From Minisyncoccota bacterium (lineage in GTDB: Bacteria > Patescibacteriota > Minisyncoccia > Phycocordibacterales > UBA918), in assembly GCA_021129515.1 (NCBI GenBank), contig JAJOLD010000001.1, forward strand, positions 61,633-125,632: a DNA stretch of 64,000 bases. The letters run 5' to 3'. The translations under genes and the position numbers were made by a program. Numbering within the stretch: position 1 is the first letter of the stretch; every line of letters begins with the position of its first letter. Positions 27,957-37,016 of this stretch are shown here, in pieces. The notes under the pieces were generated by a model. It made no database searches, was not told the DNA's origin, and saw nothing but the letters and a program-made list of their open reading frames with translations.

Positions 27957-29159
27957 ATGGAACGATTTGTAGTAGTAGCACGACGGTATCTCTTTATGCA
28001 GAGTTCAAGCATGGCGTTTGTGAAGCTCTTTGTCACCAAGCGGCTCATTCATGGTGCAGCAACCGCACTGCTTGGGGTGTTTGTCCCTATTTTCCTCTAT
28101 GTCACAACCGGCGAAAACTTCTATGTTGTGGGGACGTTTTTTGCGGTGGTGTCGCTGGCGTACTTCTTAGTATTAGTACCCGCAGCGCAGATTATGAACC
28201 GCTTTGGTACGCGCGTCTCTTTGGTGATTGCGGGTATCTTTAATGTCTCATTCTATGTGATACTCTACTTTGCCGACGAGACCAATATCTGGATGTTGCT
28301 TGGTCCGTTGTCTGGTGCACTCTTACTCCTGCGACTCTTCCACTGGGTGCCGTATCATGTCGACTTTGCAACCTTCACCAAAGACGGACAGCGTGGCAAA
28401 AGCGTTGGGCTGACCTACGCGACCATTGCGTTTATGGGCATTATTGGTCCCATTCTTGCAGGGTACATCATCAAAAATTCCGGATATGATGTGCTCTTTG
28501 CTATTTCCGTGATACTGCTGGGGGCTGCAGCGGTGTCGTATGCCTTTGTCCCTAAGACACACGAGAAGTTCACCTGGACGTATGGAGAAACACTTAGGCG
28601 CATGTGGTCACCCGAGTATCGACCCATGGTCTATGGCTCTTTTGCCAACGGGCTTGAAATACCAATCACCCTCATTGCGTGGCCCATCTTCCTCTATGAG
28701 ATTCTCGACGGCAATGTATTTGAAATTGGTGCAGTATCAACCTTGGTGACTGCCATTACCATATTGTTGCAACTGGTATTGGGCAAATATCTCGACGGTG
28801 CAAAAAGCGCAAAACAAAAAACGCTGCGTGTCGGGAGTACGCTTTACGCCATTGGATGGATTATCAAGATTTTTGTCTTGAGTGCCGCACAAGTGTTTTT
28901 CGTCGGACTCTACCACAACATCACGAAGGTCTTTACCAAGACACCCTTTGATACCATTCTCTACGATATGTCTGCCGACCAGGGTCGGTATGTCGATGAG
29001 TTTACCGTCATGCGTGAAATGTCCAACCACCTCGGGCGGGCCGTTTCTCTCGCACTCATTGTACTTATGACGCTCTTTATACCGCTCAAATGGACCTTCG
29101 TTATTGGTGCAGGCGCAGCGCTGTTGCTCAATGTGGTGTACAAAGCAATACACGATTAA
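27957..29159 (+). CDS. MFS transporter
   Basis: About 12 predicted TM helices; internal start possible. Confidence 0.8.
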   Translation: MERFVVVARRYLFMQSSSMAFVKLFVTKRLIHGAATALLGVFVPIFLYVTTGENFYVVGTFFAVVSLAYFLVLVPAAQIMNRFGTRVSLVIAGIFNVSFYVILYFADETNIWMLLGPLSGALLLLRLFHWVPYHVDFATFTKDGQRGKSVGLTYATIAFMGIIGPILAGYIIKNSGYDVLFAISVILLGAAAVSYAFVPKTHEKFTWTYGETLRRMWSPEYRPMVYGSFANGLEIPITLIAWPIFLYEILDGNVFEIGAVSTLVTAITILLQLVLGKYLDGAKSAKQKTLRVGSTLYAIGWIIKIFVLSAAQVFFVGLYHNITKVFTKTPFDTILYDMSADQGRYVDEFTVMREMSNHLGRAVSLALIVLMTLFIPLKWTFVIGAGAALLLNVVYKAIHD

Positions 29160-29201
29160 CGGCACAAACTAAAGCTTAAAAGTTATCAACACAAGAAAAA
29201 C

Positions 29202-29230
29202 TTGACGGTGAACGAACGTTCACCTATACT
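29202..29230 (+). promoter_or_regulatory. Promoter (TTGACG-17-TATACT) with an SOS/Cheo-type LexA box (GGTGAACGAACGTTCACC) filling the spacer
   Basis: The 8-bp inverted arms GGTGAACG/CGTTCACC contain the GAAC-N4-GTTC core; located 45 bp upstream of the small ORF + lexA. Confidence 0.65.
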
Positions 29231-29275
29231 ATATGTATCACTTGGAGAGGAGATTATACATTTAGGTCAAGGTAT

Positions 29276-29476
29276 ATGAGCAAAAAAGAATACATCAAAG
29301 CACTCAACGAAGAAATCCAAAAGCTAAACGGTCTTATCGACTACAAAATCATCCATGACGATGACTACCGCAGGGAAGCGCGCCGTCACAAAAAGCTCCT
29401 TGCACAGATTCGTAGGGAAGAGGCAGGACGAATGGTCAACCGACTCATGCGTACCCTCGTACCATCATGGAAATAA
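29276..29476 (+). CDS. Small basic protein (66 aa), first gene of the putative SOS operon
   Basis: MSKKEYIKALNEEIQKLNGL...RREARRHKKLLAQIRRE; AAGGT 4 nt upstream of the ATG; ends 10 bp before lexA. Confidence 0.5.
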   Translation: MSKKEYIKALNEEIQKLNGLIDYKIIHDDDYRREARRHKKLLAQIRREEAGRMVNRLMRTLVPSWK

Positions 29477-29485
29477 TCACACAGT

Positions 29486-30064
29486 ATGAGCAAGTACGAA
29501 TCATACAAAGAAAAAATATTCGCATTCTACGAAGCGCAAAAGCGCATGCCCAGCTATGCCGAAATCATGGAGCTCGTCGGCTTTAAGTCAAAAAATGCCG
29601 TATCAAAACTCATCGACAAGCTCATGGATGAAGGACTTATCGATAAAGATGCACAGGGGAGACTCATCCCCGCGTCACTCGACACCGGTGTACCACTCTT
29701 GGGGCTGGTAGAAGCCGGCATTCCCACCATGGCAGATGCCGACATGCTCGACTCTATTAGTCTTGATAACTACCTAATAGAAGATAAAGCAAAAACCTTC
29801 ATCCTCGAGGTAAAGGGTGACTCAATGATTGAGGCGCATATCGAAGAAGGCGACTACGTCATTGCAGAACGCACCGAAGATGCACGCGACCGCGATATTG
29901 TCGTGGCAGAAGTCGATGGAGAGTGGACGCTCAAATATCTCCGTAAAGATCCCGCACAAAATACCATCTGGCTTGAACCGGCAAACAAGAACTATGCACC
30001 CATTCATCCCGCGCATTCATTGCGCATTGCAGCAATTGTAAAGGGTGTATTAAGGAAATATTAG
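29486..30064 (+). CDS. lexA: LexA repressor
   Basis: N-terminal winged HTH (AEIMELVGFKSKNAVSKLIDKLMDEGLI), Ala-Gly cleavage site (VEAG), S24 peptidase with GDSM and KYL Ser/Lys dyad. Confidence 0.9.
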   Translation: MSKYESYKEKIFAFYEAQKRMPSYAEIMELVGFKSKNAVSKLIDKLMDEGLIDKDAQGRLIPASLDTGVPLLGLVEAGIPTMADADMLDSISLDNYLIEDKAKTFILEVKGDSMIEAHIEEGDYVIAERTEDARDRDIVVAEVDGEWTLKYLRKDPAQNTIWLEPANKNYAPIHPAHSLRIAAIVKGVLRKY

Positions 30065-30106
30065 TTAGTCAGATAAACTACACGCTTAGTTTATCTGACT
30101 AACTAA
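30061..30106. repeat. Perfect 20-bp-stem hairpin overlapping the lexA stop codon
   Basis: TTAGTTAGTCAGATAAACTAcacgctTAGTTTATCTGACTAACTAA; no U-run. Confidence 0.7.
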
Positions 30107-30252
30107 TTCCGTGTCATCATTGCGAAGCATGGAGCAGAGCGGAATGCTGAAGCCTGACTGCATGCGACGCACCTGTTTGCGTAAGTATACGCACAGGCAA
30201 TCCAGAAAGGGTAACCAACATAAAACTTTTTATGTTATAACGTCTATCACAT

Positions 30253-30993
30253 ATGAAGATAGGCTTTTTTGATTCAGGACTCGGGGGACTCACCATTATG
30301 GATGCGGTACGAGCGGCGATGCCGCAGTACGACTACTATTACTACGGAGACACCGCGCACGTGCCGTATGGCGATAAGACCGAAGCAGAAGTATACGAGC
30401 TCACAAAAGCTGGTGTGACACACCTCTTTGAACAAGGTGCGCTCATCGTGATTATTGCCTGCAACACCGCGTCTGCAGAAACACTCCGCAAACTGCAAGA
30501 CACTTTTTTAGTAGAAGCATATCCTGACCGGCGTATTCTCGGCATGATAATTCCCACCATAGAAACCCTCTTAGCTGCAGGCAGCACAAAACCCTTACTC
30601 ATAGGAACCAAGCGCACCGTTGATTCAGGCAAGTACCAAATTGAGCTTGATAAAGTTTCAGAAACACATATTGCGTTACAATCCCTCGCAACACCAACAC
30701 TCGTGCCGTATCTTGAAGCAAAAAGTAGCAACAAGGCGTGTGCGGAACTCACGCAACTGTTGCATGCCTACGCACACCCCTTTGATGCACTTATTTTAGG
30801 ATGCACGCACTACACGATACTTACTGACTGCGTACGTAACCAATATGGTGACCAATGTGTCGTACTCTCACAAGACGAAATCATTCCAACCAAACTCCAA
30901 GAATATCTCAGTCGACACCCAACACTTGAACATGCCTTGACTAAGGGTAGAAACACAACTTGTTACTATAGTGGAGCGTCACACACTATCTGA
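30253..30993 (+). CDS. murI: Glutamate racemase
   Basis: FDSGLGGLTIM, ACNTAS and LGCTHY active-site motifs. Confidence 0.9.
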   Translation: MKIGFFDSGLGGLTIMDAVRAAMPQYDYYYYGDTAHVPYGDKTEAEVYELTKAGVTHLFEQGALIVIIACNTASAETLRKLQDTFLVEAYPDRRILGMIIPTIETLLAAGSTKPLLIGTKRTVDSGKYQIELDKVSETHIALQSLATPTLVPYLEAKSSNKACAELTQLLHAYAHPFDALILGCTHYTILTDCVRNQYGDQCVVLSQDEIIPTKLQEYLSRHPTLEHALTKGRNTTCYYSGASHTI

Positions 30994-31091
30994 GTTGCTG
31001 TGTGCAATAATTCTGGACAAATATTTTCTTAGTGGCATACTACATTTGGACATACAAGTAATATTTGTTTTTTCATAAAGGAGACAGGGCT

Positions 31092-31223
31092 ATGAGTAAC
31101 CATCAGAAAAAACCACCCACAACACCACCTACAAAAAGCAGACCCGCAGAGCCGGTTTCAACTTTTGCGTTGATTGCATTTAGCCTGTGTGTAATATACA
31201 TAGGCATCACTGGTTCTGAATAA
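31092..31223 (+). CDS. Small single-TM protein (43 aa) with a strong SD
   Basis: AAAGGAGAcagggctATG; MSNHQKKPPTTPPTKSRPAEPVSTFALIAFSLCVIYIGITGSE. Confidence 0.35.
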   Translation: MSNHQKKPPTTPPTKSRPAEPVSTFALIAFSLCVIYIGITGSE

Positions 31224-31350
31224 ATCTGTCGCTGTCGTGGACATCTCTTGATGCCCACATCTTTACGCCATTGTATAGTGGTTGAAAATAATCGATAAAT
31301 ATTACTCCGTAGATTACTGCATAGGCAAATATAGTCGAGAGGTTCTTTAA

Positions 31351-31560
31351 ATGGCTGCAATCGTTTTACAGAGACCCTGTATGGGTACACACCCAAGAGA
31401 TACAGTTAACCACTTCTGCCAACACTGTCATAAAGCAGTATCTCCAAGTCATTGTGGATCGAAAAGCCTCACCATTAATGGTATCTTTGTATGGTTTTGT
31501 GATGATGTATGCGAAAATGCTCATCTAAAAAATAGAAAGATCACACCTGATCACAGATAA
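31351..31560 (+). CDS. Small Cys/His-rich protein (possible zinc ribbon)
   Basis: CQHCHK...HCGS...FCDDVCENAH; followed by a clear terminator. Confidence 0.35.
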   Translation: MAAIVLQRPCMGTHPRDTVNHFCQHCHKAVSPSHCGSKSLTINGIFVWFCDDVCENAHLKNRKITPDHR

Positions 31561-31571
31561 GTCTAAGAACC

Positions 31572-31600
31572 GCCGAGAAAACTTCTCGGCTGGTTTTTAT
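31572..31600 (+). terminator. Rho-independent terminator
   Basis: GCCGAGAAaacTTCTCGGCtggttttt. Confidence 0.75.
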
Positions 31601-31897
31601 TTTATCTGCTACGAAATATAGCGTTGCACACTAAATACCCGAGATAAAGAGGGAAGCAGTGATGGAAAAAATTAGCATGTATCTCAAATCACTTACAAAT
31701 GCAGCCGGAACGATAGATAGTGAAGTTGAGTGTGAGTAGTGTATGGCACGGGTCCAGCGTTGTAACACAAAACCTTTGCTGGCATAGTTTGCAAAAGGAA
31801 TTCCTGATAGTGCAATAAAAAGAGAAGTGGCTTTACGCCACGCTTTTATAATTATATAAGCGTCGTACAATATATCTTTTGCGACATATAGAATACT

Positions 31898-32384
31898 TTA
31901 AATACGTTCTAATATATATCCTGTACCATCCCACAATAAACGACTTGTTGTATCGTTGTTGATACGTAAGTCGCGCATGTTTTGTGTGTAGGTATCCAAT
32001 ACTTCAATTGTTTGTATCGTATAGAAAAAATTTTCTATTGCATCAAAACTTCCTGTTTCGCTTTGCAAAAAAATGCTACTCATACATCCTGCATTACCAC
32101 ATGAAATATCTGATTCCAGAACAGCAACTATGTCCTTACGATCATCATTATTGATATCAACATACTGGGTATTAAGATGAAAGTCCTTAAAATCGATTTT
32201 AGAGCCTTGTGGCACACCGATTCGGTCAATAAAGTGCTGAATGATTTTTGCCTCAGTTTGGGTACCGCTGATGCCAGACAAAATCAATGCAGCCGGCATG
32301 TCGTTTGTAAATTCTGTATATACGTTTTGTCCAAGCAAAAAAAATAATTCCCAACAATATGAGTGTCACCAAGAGTCGCTTCAT
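31898..32384 (-). pseudogene. Secreted hypothetical protein gene interrupted by a +1 frameshift in a T8 homopolymer
   Basis: ATG at 32384 encodes signal peptide MKRLLVTLILLGIIFF. The 146-aa ORF (31898-32338) continues in another frame; deleting one base of the A8/T8 run (32337-32344) restores MKRLLVTLILLGIIFLLGQNVYTEF... Confidence 0.5.
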
Positions 32385-32487
32385 ACTATCAGTGTAGCAT
32401 CAAAAGTACTGATTTTTGGTGTCCGGTAGGGGTTTTGCAACCTACCCCTCCCCTGAGCACAACCCCCTAAATAGGTCGCACAATTTA

Positions 32488-32506
32488 TTAGGGTTCGTAT
32501 CCCTAA
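32488..32506. repeat. REP palindrome family A, copy 3 (left flank of RAYT-1)
   Basis: TTAGGGTTCGTATCCCTAA; inverted relative to copy 4. Confidence 0.7.
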
Positions 32507-32513
32507 TACAAAA

Positions 32514-33143
32514 TTATTCCAGTAAGCATGCGTCATTAAATCTGCGTTTTTTATATATTGACTGTGCGAGTCTGGCAGCTTCTCGCGCATTGTATGCACT
32601 AGTATGTTTTGTGACTGAGTCAGGCATGAGTACACTTCTCTTTTTACCTGTGTAATGTAACGAGCTTGTATACCAAATATGCTGTGGCACTGCTACGTCG
32701 TGAACAGTATGATTTTCGTTTATATACGCAAAAAGGTATTGATACTGTTCCTCACTTACAACATGCACTCGCTTAAATCGTCCTTGAAATAATGCGCCGC
32801 TTCTTTCATTTTTTTCATTGAAATACCCTGCATACCCCACGCTTACGCGTCTCATGAACTCAGTAATGCCATCCTCGATCACTTGTTTGATGAGCAAATG
32901 AAAACGGTTTCCTACCAAGGCATACGCATGAATATCGACCAATTGCTTATTAGAATCATGTCGGTGTATGTATGCCTGTTGAAAGTTAATGATTGGTTCT
33001 ACTGTATTAAAGAGCTGCAGTGAATAATAGAATCGCTTGTAATCAGCTTCATTGCAGAAAATGGTGCGTGTATCCACACCTCGACTATATATATGGTAGA
33101 TTTCATTGGTTATGAGCGGAACTTTTTTGTACGGCATAGGCAA
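32514..33143 (-). CDS. REP-associated tyrosine transposase (RAYT; IS200/IS605 Y1 HUH family), paralogue 1
   Basis: YHIYSRG, HUH motif RFHLLIKQ, catalytic-Tyr motif LFAYINENHTVH; flanked by family-A palindromes. Confidence 0.8.
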   Translation of the reverse strand: MPMPYKKVPLITNEIYHIYSRGVDTRTIFCNEADYKRFYYSLQLFNTVEPIINFQQAYIHRHDSNKQLVDIHAYALVGNRFHLLIKQVIEDGITEFMRRVSVGYAGYFNEKNERSGALFQGRFKRVHVVSEEQYQYLFAYINENHTVHDVAVPQHIWYTSSLHYTGKKRSVLMPDSVTKHTSAYNAREAARLAQSIYKKRRFNDACLLE

Positions 33144-33177
33144 TTATCACAAAAAGAATAATAATTGACCTGTGGTA

Positions 33178-33196
33178 TTAGGGATACGATCCCTAA
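33178..33196. repeat. REP palindrome family A, copy 4 (right flank of RAYT-1)
   Basis: TTAGGGATacgATCCCTAA, 8-bp stem with 3-nt loop. Confidence 0.7.
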
Positions 33197-33202
33197 GAAT
33201 TT

Positions 33203-34516
33203 TTAGCGTTGAGGTAGATAGAGCATCGGGTCGATATAGGCATCAGTAGGTGCTACTGGTGTAGTCGCAGCTCCACAACCAGTCACCGTTTTGATTTCGT
33301 TGAATTTCCGAATAGTAACAGCTTCTTGTACATATACCGTAAAGTGAAGGTGTGGACCGGTCGAGTATCCTGTATTTCCGATATAACCTAATATTTCCCC
33401 TGTTGCTAGTATGTCCCCAGGGTTCGATGAAATAACACTCAAGTGAGCATAGAGCGTTGAAAGACCATTTGCATGATCAACCAGCACCCATTTACCCCAA
33501 GAATAGCAACCAGGCACTGCATCAGTATTTCCAACTGCACGCACGGTTCCCGCAAGTGGTGCATAAATTGGTGTACCTCGAGGAGCACCAAAATCGACAC
33601 CTGGATGGTATGGGCGCCCGCCATATACGTGCGCATTCCGCTTAGCAAATTCTGTACCCCCAAATAGTTGTGTGATAATAGGGTTTGCTACTGGCCAGTT
33701 AAACACCACGGTACCTGGAACAGGAATAGTATTTGGATCAAGAATAAATTGGAGTTTGGACTCAAAGTCGCGCAACTCTTTCAAAAGCTGCTCCTGCGCA
33801 GCTTTCCTGTCTGCTAAAAGCCGCTGATACTCCACCTCTTCGTTCTTGGTTTGTTTCAAAAGATCATCTTTCTCAGATTGGTTATTGACCAATACTTCGT
33901 TTTGGTCTGAATATTGTGCCTTAAGTGATACAAGCTCTTCTCGTTTATAGGTACTGCTCACTTTTTTTTCTTCAAGCAGCACTTTCTGTGAAACAAGACT
34001 TTTGACCCGGTCGCTCATAACACTTCGTACTTGTTCCAGCTCTTGCACAGTGTTCCAAAATGCAGAGAGATTCTCATGGTTCAATAGCGACTCAACAAGT
34101 GGCACCTCATCAGATTCATGAATGCGGCGCAGAATTTCGCTAATTGCTTGCTCATTAACCGTTATGGTGTCACTTGTGTCCCTAATCTCGATACTGAGGC
34201 GGTTGATTTCAAGATCGGTAGCACCGATTTTGTTTTGAGTGTAGCTGATGTCAGCATTCACTTTTTTTCGCTCAAGCTCGAGTTGATTAATAGCGCTTTG
34301 GAGCGTGCTTTTTTCTGCACCTACCTTTTGAATTTGTTGTTGATATTCTGCTATCTCTTGTTCAATTTCTTTTAGTCGTCCCTGTCGGTCATCGATTTGG
34401 TTTTGAAGTTTTTCAACCTCTGTTTGTGCAAAGGCATCATAGGTTGTATACGCAAAAAACGGCGTACAAACGACACTTATGCAAAGTATGTATAGAGCAA
34501 ATCTACGTTGTATCAT
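33203..34516 (-). CDS. M23 (LytM) metallopeptidase with N-terminal coiled coil (EnvC-like)
   Basis: HPGVDFGAPRGTPIYAP...GNTGYSTGPHLHF M23 motifs; long Q/E/K-rich coiled coil. Confidence 0.85.
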   Translation of the reverse strand: MIQRRFALYILCISVVCTPFFAYTTYDAFAQTEVEKLQNQIDDRQGRLKEIEQEIAEYQQQIQKVGAEKSTLQSAINQLELERKKVNADISYTQNKIGATDLEINRLSIEIRDTSDTITVNEQAISEILRRIHESDEVPLVESLLNHENLSAFWNTVQELEQVRSVMSDRVKSLVSQKVLLEEKKVSSTYKREELVSLKAQYSDQNEVLVNNQSEKDDLLKQTKNEEVEYQRLLADRKAAQEQLLKELRDFESKLQFILDPNTIPVPGTVVFNWPVANPIITQLFGGTEFAKRNAHVYGGRPYHPGVDFGAPRGTPIYAPLAGTVRAVGNTDAVPGCYSWGKWVLVDHANGLSTLYAHLSVISSNPGDILATGEILGYIGNTGYSTGPHLHFTVYVQEAVTIRKFNEIKTVTGCGAATTPVAPTDAYIDPMLYLPQR

Positions 34517-35871
34517 GCACTTAAAATTGTATCACATGCAGACTGTACGCGTTTGTATGACTCTGCTGAACCAAGAATATGAATGAGTGTAAATGGATCT
34601 GGAGACCGTTCGCGTCCTGAGAGCGCAACCCGGAGTGGCCAGAGCACCTCTCCCTTCCCTATCTCTTCAGCATAGTTCCAGAGGGCGTTTTTTGCATCGT
34701 CAGCTGTACATGCATCTGGAATAGTTGAGAGAATCTCAGCCACTTTTTGGAGTCGCGGCAATGGATCACGAACATGTTCGTCTTTCTTCCACATAAGCAT
34801 TTCAGCGGGTGGTTTCGGTGCAGCAAACGCAAAGTCATACTCGCCTTTTTCTGCTTCTTGCGCGATGTCATATGCAACACTGACGCGCTCACGAATAATC
34901 GGCGCAAGTTTTTCAAGACGCGCACCCGTATACTGCGGAAGTGCTTTTTGTGTATCAGGCATACGATCGGTAACCATAATACGAAATTCGTCGTCGCTGA
35001 GGCGACTCATGTGTTCACGATTCATCCAGCGTAGTTTCTCGATATCGAAAATAGCACCTCCCTTCTGCACACCAGCAATATCGAATTCTGACACAAGCTC
35101 ATCAAGCGTGAAGACTTCTTGATCGGTGCCTGGATTCCAACCGAGCAGTGCAAGATAGTTTGTAATCGCACCAGGCATATAGCCTTTTTCAGCATATTGG
35201 GTAAGTGAAACTGGTCCATGTCGCTTGGAAAGCTTTGAACGATCAGGCGCCAAGAGTAGTGGTAGGTGTGCATAGGTTGGGCGTTCAAATCCAAGTGCTT
35301 CTTGGATAAGTATTTGCCGTGGCGTGTTGGGGATATGATCTTCACCTCTAATGATATGTGTAACTCCCATTTCATGATCATCAACGACATTGACAAAATG
35401 AAAGAGTGGGTCGTCGATAGCGCGTGCAATAACAAAATCCCCCAAGTCTGTGGTGTCCATGGTTACTTCACCACGTATTTCATCTTCAAAAGTGATAGTT
35501 TTGTTTGGGTTCTTCAATCGTACCACCTCAATTTCTGTACCTGGCTCACGAGTACTATCCTCTTTTGAGCGGTATGCAGCACCGTCAGCAATTGCCTGTT
35601 CTAGATACGGACGATATACCTCGCTGCGCTCTGACTGACGATAGTAGGCATCCCACGACATACCAAGCCATGTGAGTCCTGCTATAATTTCTTCTTCAAA
35701 TGCAGCGGTACTTCGTTCCTTATCGGTATCCTCACAGCGCACAATAAAATCACCACCCTTGTTCTTTGCGTAGAGATAGTTATAGAGTGCGGTTCGTGCA
35801 GTACCGACATGCAAATGCCCGGTGGGGCTTGGCGCCATACGGGTCACTACTTTTTTTCCGTGCGTAAACAT
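34513..35871 (-). CDS. gltX: Glutamyl-tRNA synthetase
   Basis: HIGH motif (PSPTGHLHVGTAR) and KLSKR (KMSKS); 452 aa. Confidence 0.9.
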   Translation of the reverse strand: MFTHGKKVVTRMAPSPTGHLHVGTARTALYNYLYAKNKGGDFIVRCEDTDKERSTAAFEEEIIAGLTWLGMSWDAYYRQSERSEVYRPYLEQAIADGAAYRSKEDSTREPGTEIEVVRLKNPNKTITFEDEIRGEVTMDTTDLGDFVIARAIDDPLFHFVNVVDDHEMGVTHIIRGEDHIPNTPRQILIQEALGFERPTYAHLPLLLAPDRSKLSKRHGPVSLTQYAEKGYMPGAITNYLALLGWNPGTDQEVFTLDELVSEFDIAGVQKGGAIFDIEKLRWMNREHMSRLSDDEFRIMVTDRMPDTQKALPQYTGARLEKLAPIIRERVSVAYDIAQEAEKGEYDFAFAAPKPPAEMLMWKKDEHVRDPLPRLQKVAEILSTIPDACTADDAKNALWNYAEEIGKGEVLWPLRVALSGRERSPDPFTLIHILGSAESYKRVQSACDTILSA

Positions 35872-35876
35872 AAGTA

Positions 35877-37004
35877 TTAGGTATGCTCCAGACCAATTTC
35901 AAGCAGCGTTGAAGCGAGCATGTGTGCAGCCTGTCTTGGTGCAAATGCTATTGCCGCTTCAGACATTGATCGATAGGTCATAGGGTCGCTCATAATACGT
36001 GTTATCTCACCAGTAAGCAAGCCATCAGTAAGGTTTTGTTCTTCCATCACCACAGCAGCGCCAGTACGTGCATATGCGTAGGCATTGGTACGCTGATCAT
36101 GACTGACATCCTCAGGAATCGGAATGAGAATAGCAGGTTTTCCTTTGACCGCAATTTCGTGAATACCAGTGCTTCCTGCTCGAGAAACAATAATGGTAGC
36201 ACTATGCATTGCCATGTTGAGTGTTTCGGCAGACATAAACGCAACAGGATGATAGTGTCGGAGTAACTCAGTATCCGTAATGAGTGTTTTTGCAGTTTCG
36301 GTAATCACATCAAATGAAGCCTTGCCTGTTTGATGAATAATGGTGTACTCTGGCAACAACTCATCAAGCGTTTCCAGTATGAGCTTATTGACTCGTTCGG
36401 CACCTTGTGAACCTCCCAAGACTACTATGACAGGGCGCGAAGCATCGATTCCCAACCGTTCATGTAGATTATCAACTGGTGCAGCAAGCATCTTTTTTCG
36501 CATTGGAATGCCGGTAAAGGCAGTCTTGCTCTCAGGAAAATATGTTATAGCATCATTGTATGAAATAGCGATATAGCGTGCAAAAAGTCCTCCTATACGA
36601 TTTGCAGACCCAGCTACCGCGTCAGACTCGTGCACAACGATTGGAATACGCAAGAGTCCTGCTGCAATGGTGACCGGTACACTCGTGTAGCTCCCTTTGC
36701 TCATCACGACATCAGGATAGAGTATAAACAACTTCCACAGCGCAACTAAAATGCCAAAACTTGTTTTAAAAAAATCGAGTATATTAAGTGGCGAGAAATA
36801 TCGTCGACGCTTTCCTGCCGGACATGCAATAAAACGAATACTGCGCGCCGTAAGCGCTGCTTCATCATACGTATCTGGCCCCATGTAGTATAACTCTGGA
36901 GTATCAATTTTTTTTTCCTTGGCAACATCATACACAGCATCAGCAATTGCCATTAATGGATAGAAATGTCCTCCCGTACCTCCTGCGACAAACACAATTC
37001 TCAT
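35877..37004 (-). CDS. murG: UDP-GlcNAc:lipid I N-acetylglucosaminyltransferase MurG
   Basis: GGTGGHFYPLMAIA N-terminus; GT28 architecture. Confidence 0.9.
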   Translation of the reverse strand: MRIVFVAGGTGGHFYPLMAIADAVYDVAKEKKIDTPELYYMGPDTYDEAALTARSIRFIACPAGKRRRYFSPLNILDFFKTSFGILVALWKLFILYPDVVMSKGSYTSVPVTIAAGLLRIPIVVHESDAVAGSANRIGGLFARYIAISYNDAITYFPESKTAFTGIPMRKKMLAAPVDNLHERLGIDASRPVIVVLGGSQGAERVNKLILETLDELLPEYTIIHQTGKASFDVITETAKTLITDTELLRHYHPVAFMSAETLNMAMHSATIIVSRAGSTGIHEIAVKGKPAILIPIPEDVSHDQRTNAYAYARTGAAVVMEEQNLTDGLLTGEITRIMSDPMTYRSMSEAAIAFAPRQAAHMLASTLLEIGLEHT

Positions 37005-37016
37005 ATGTTCTTTATT

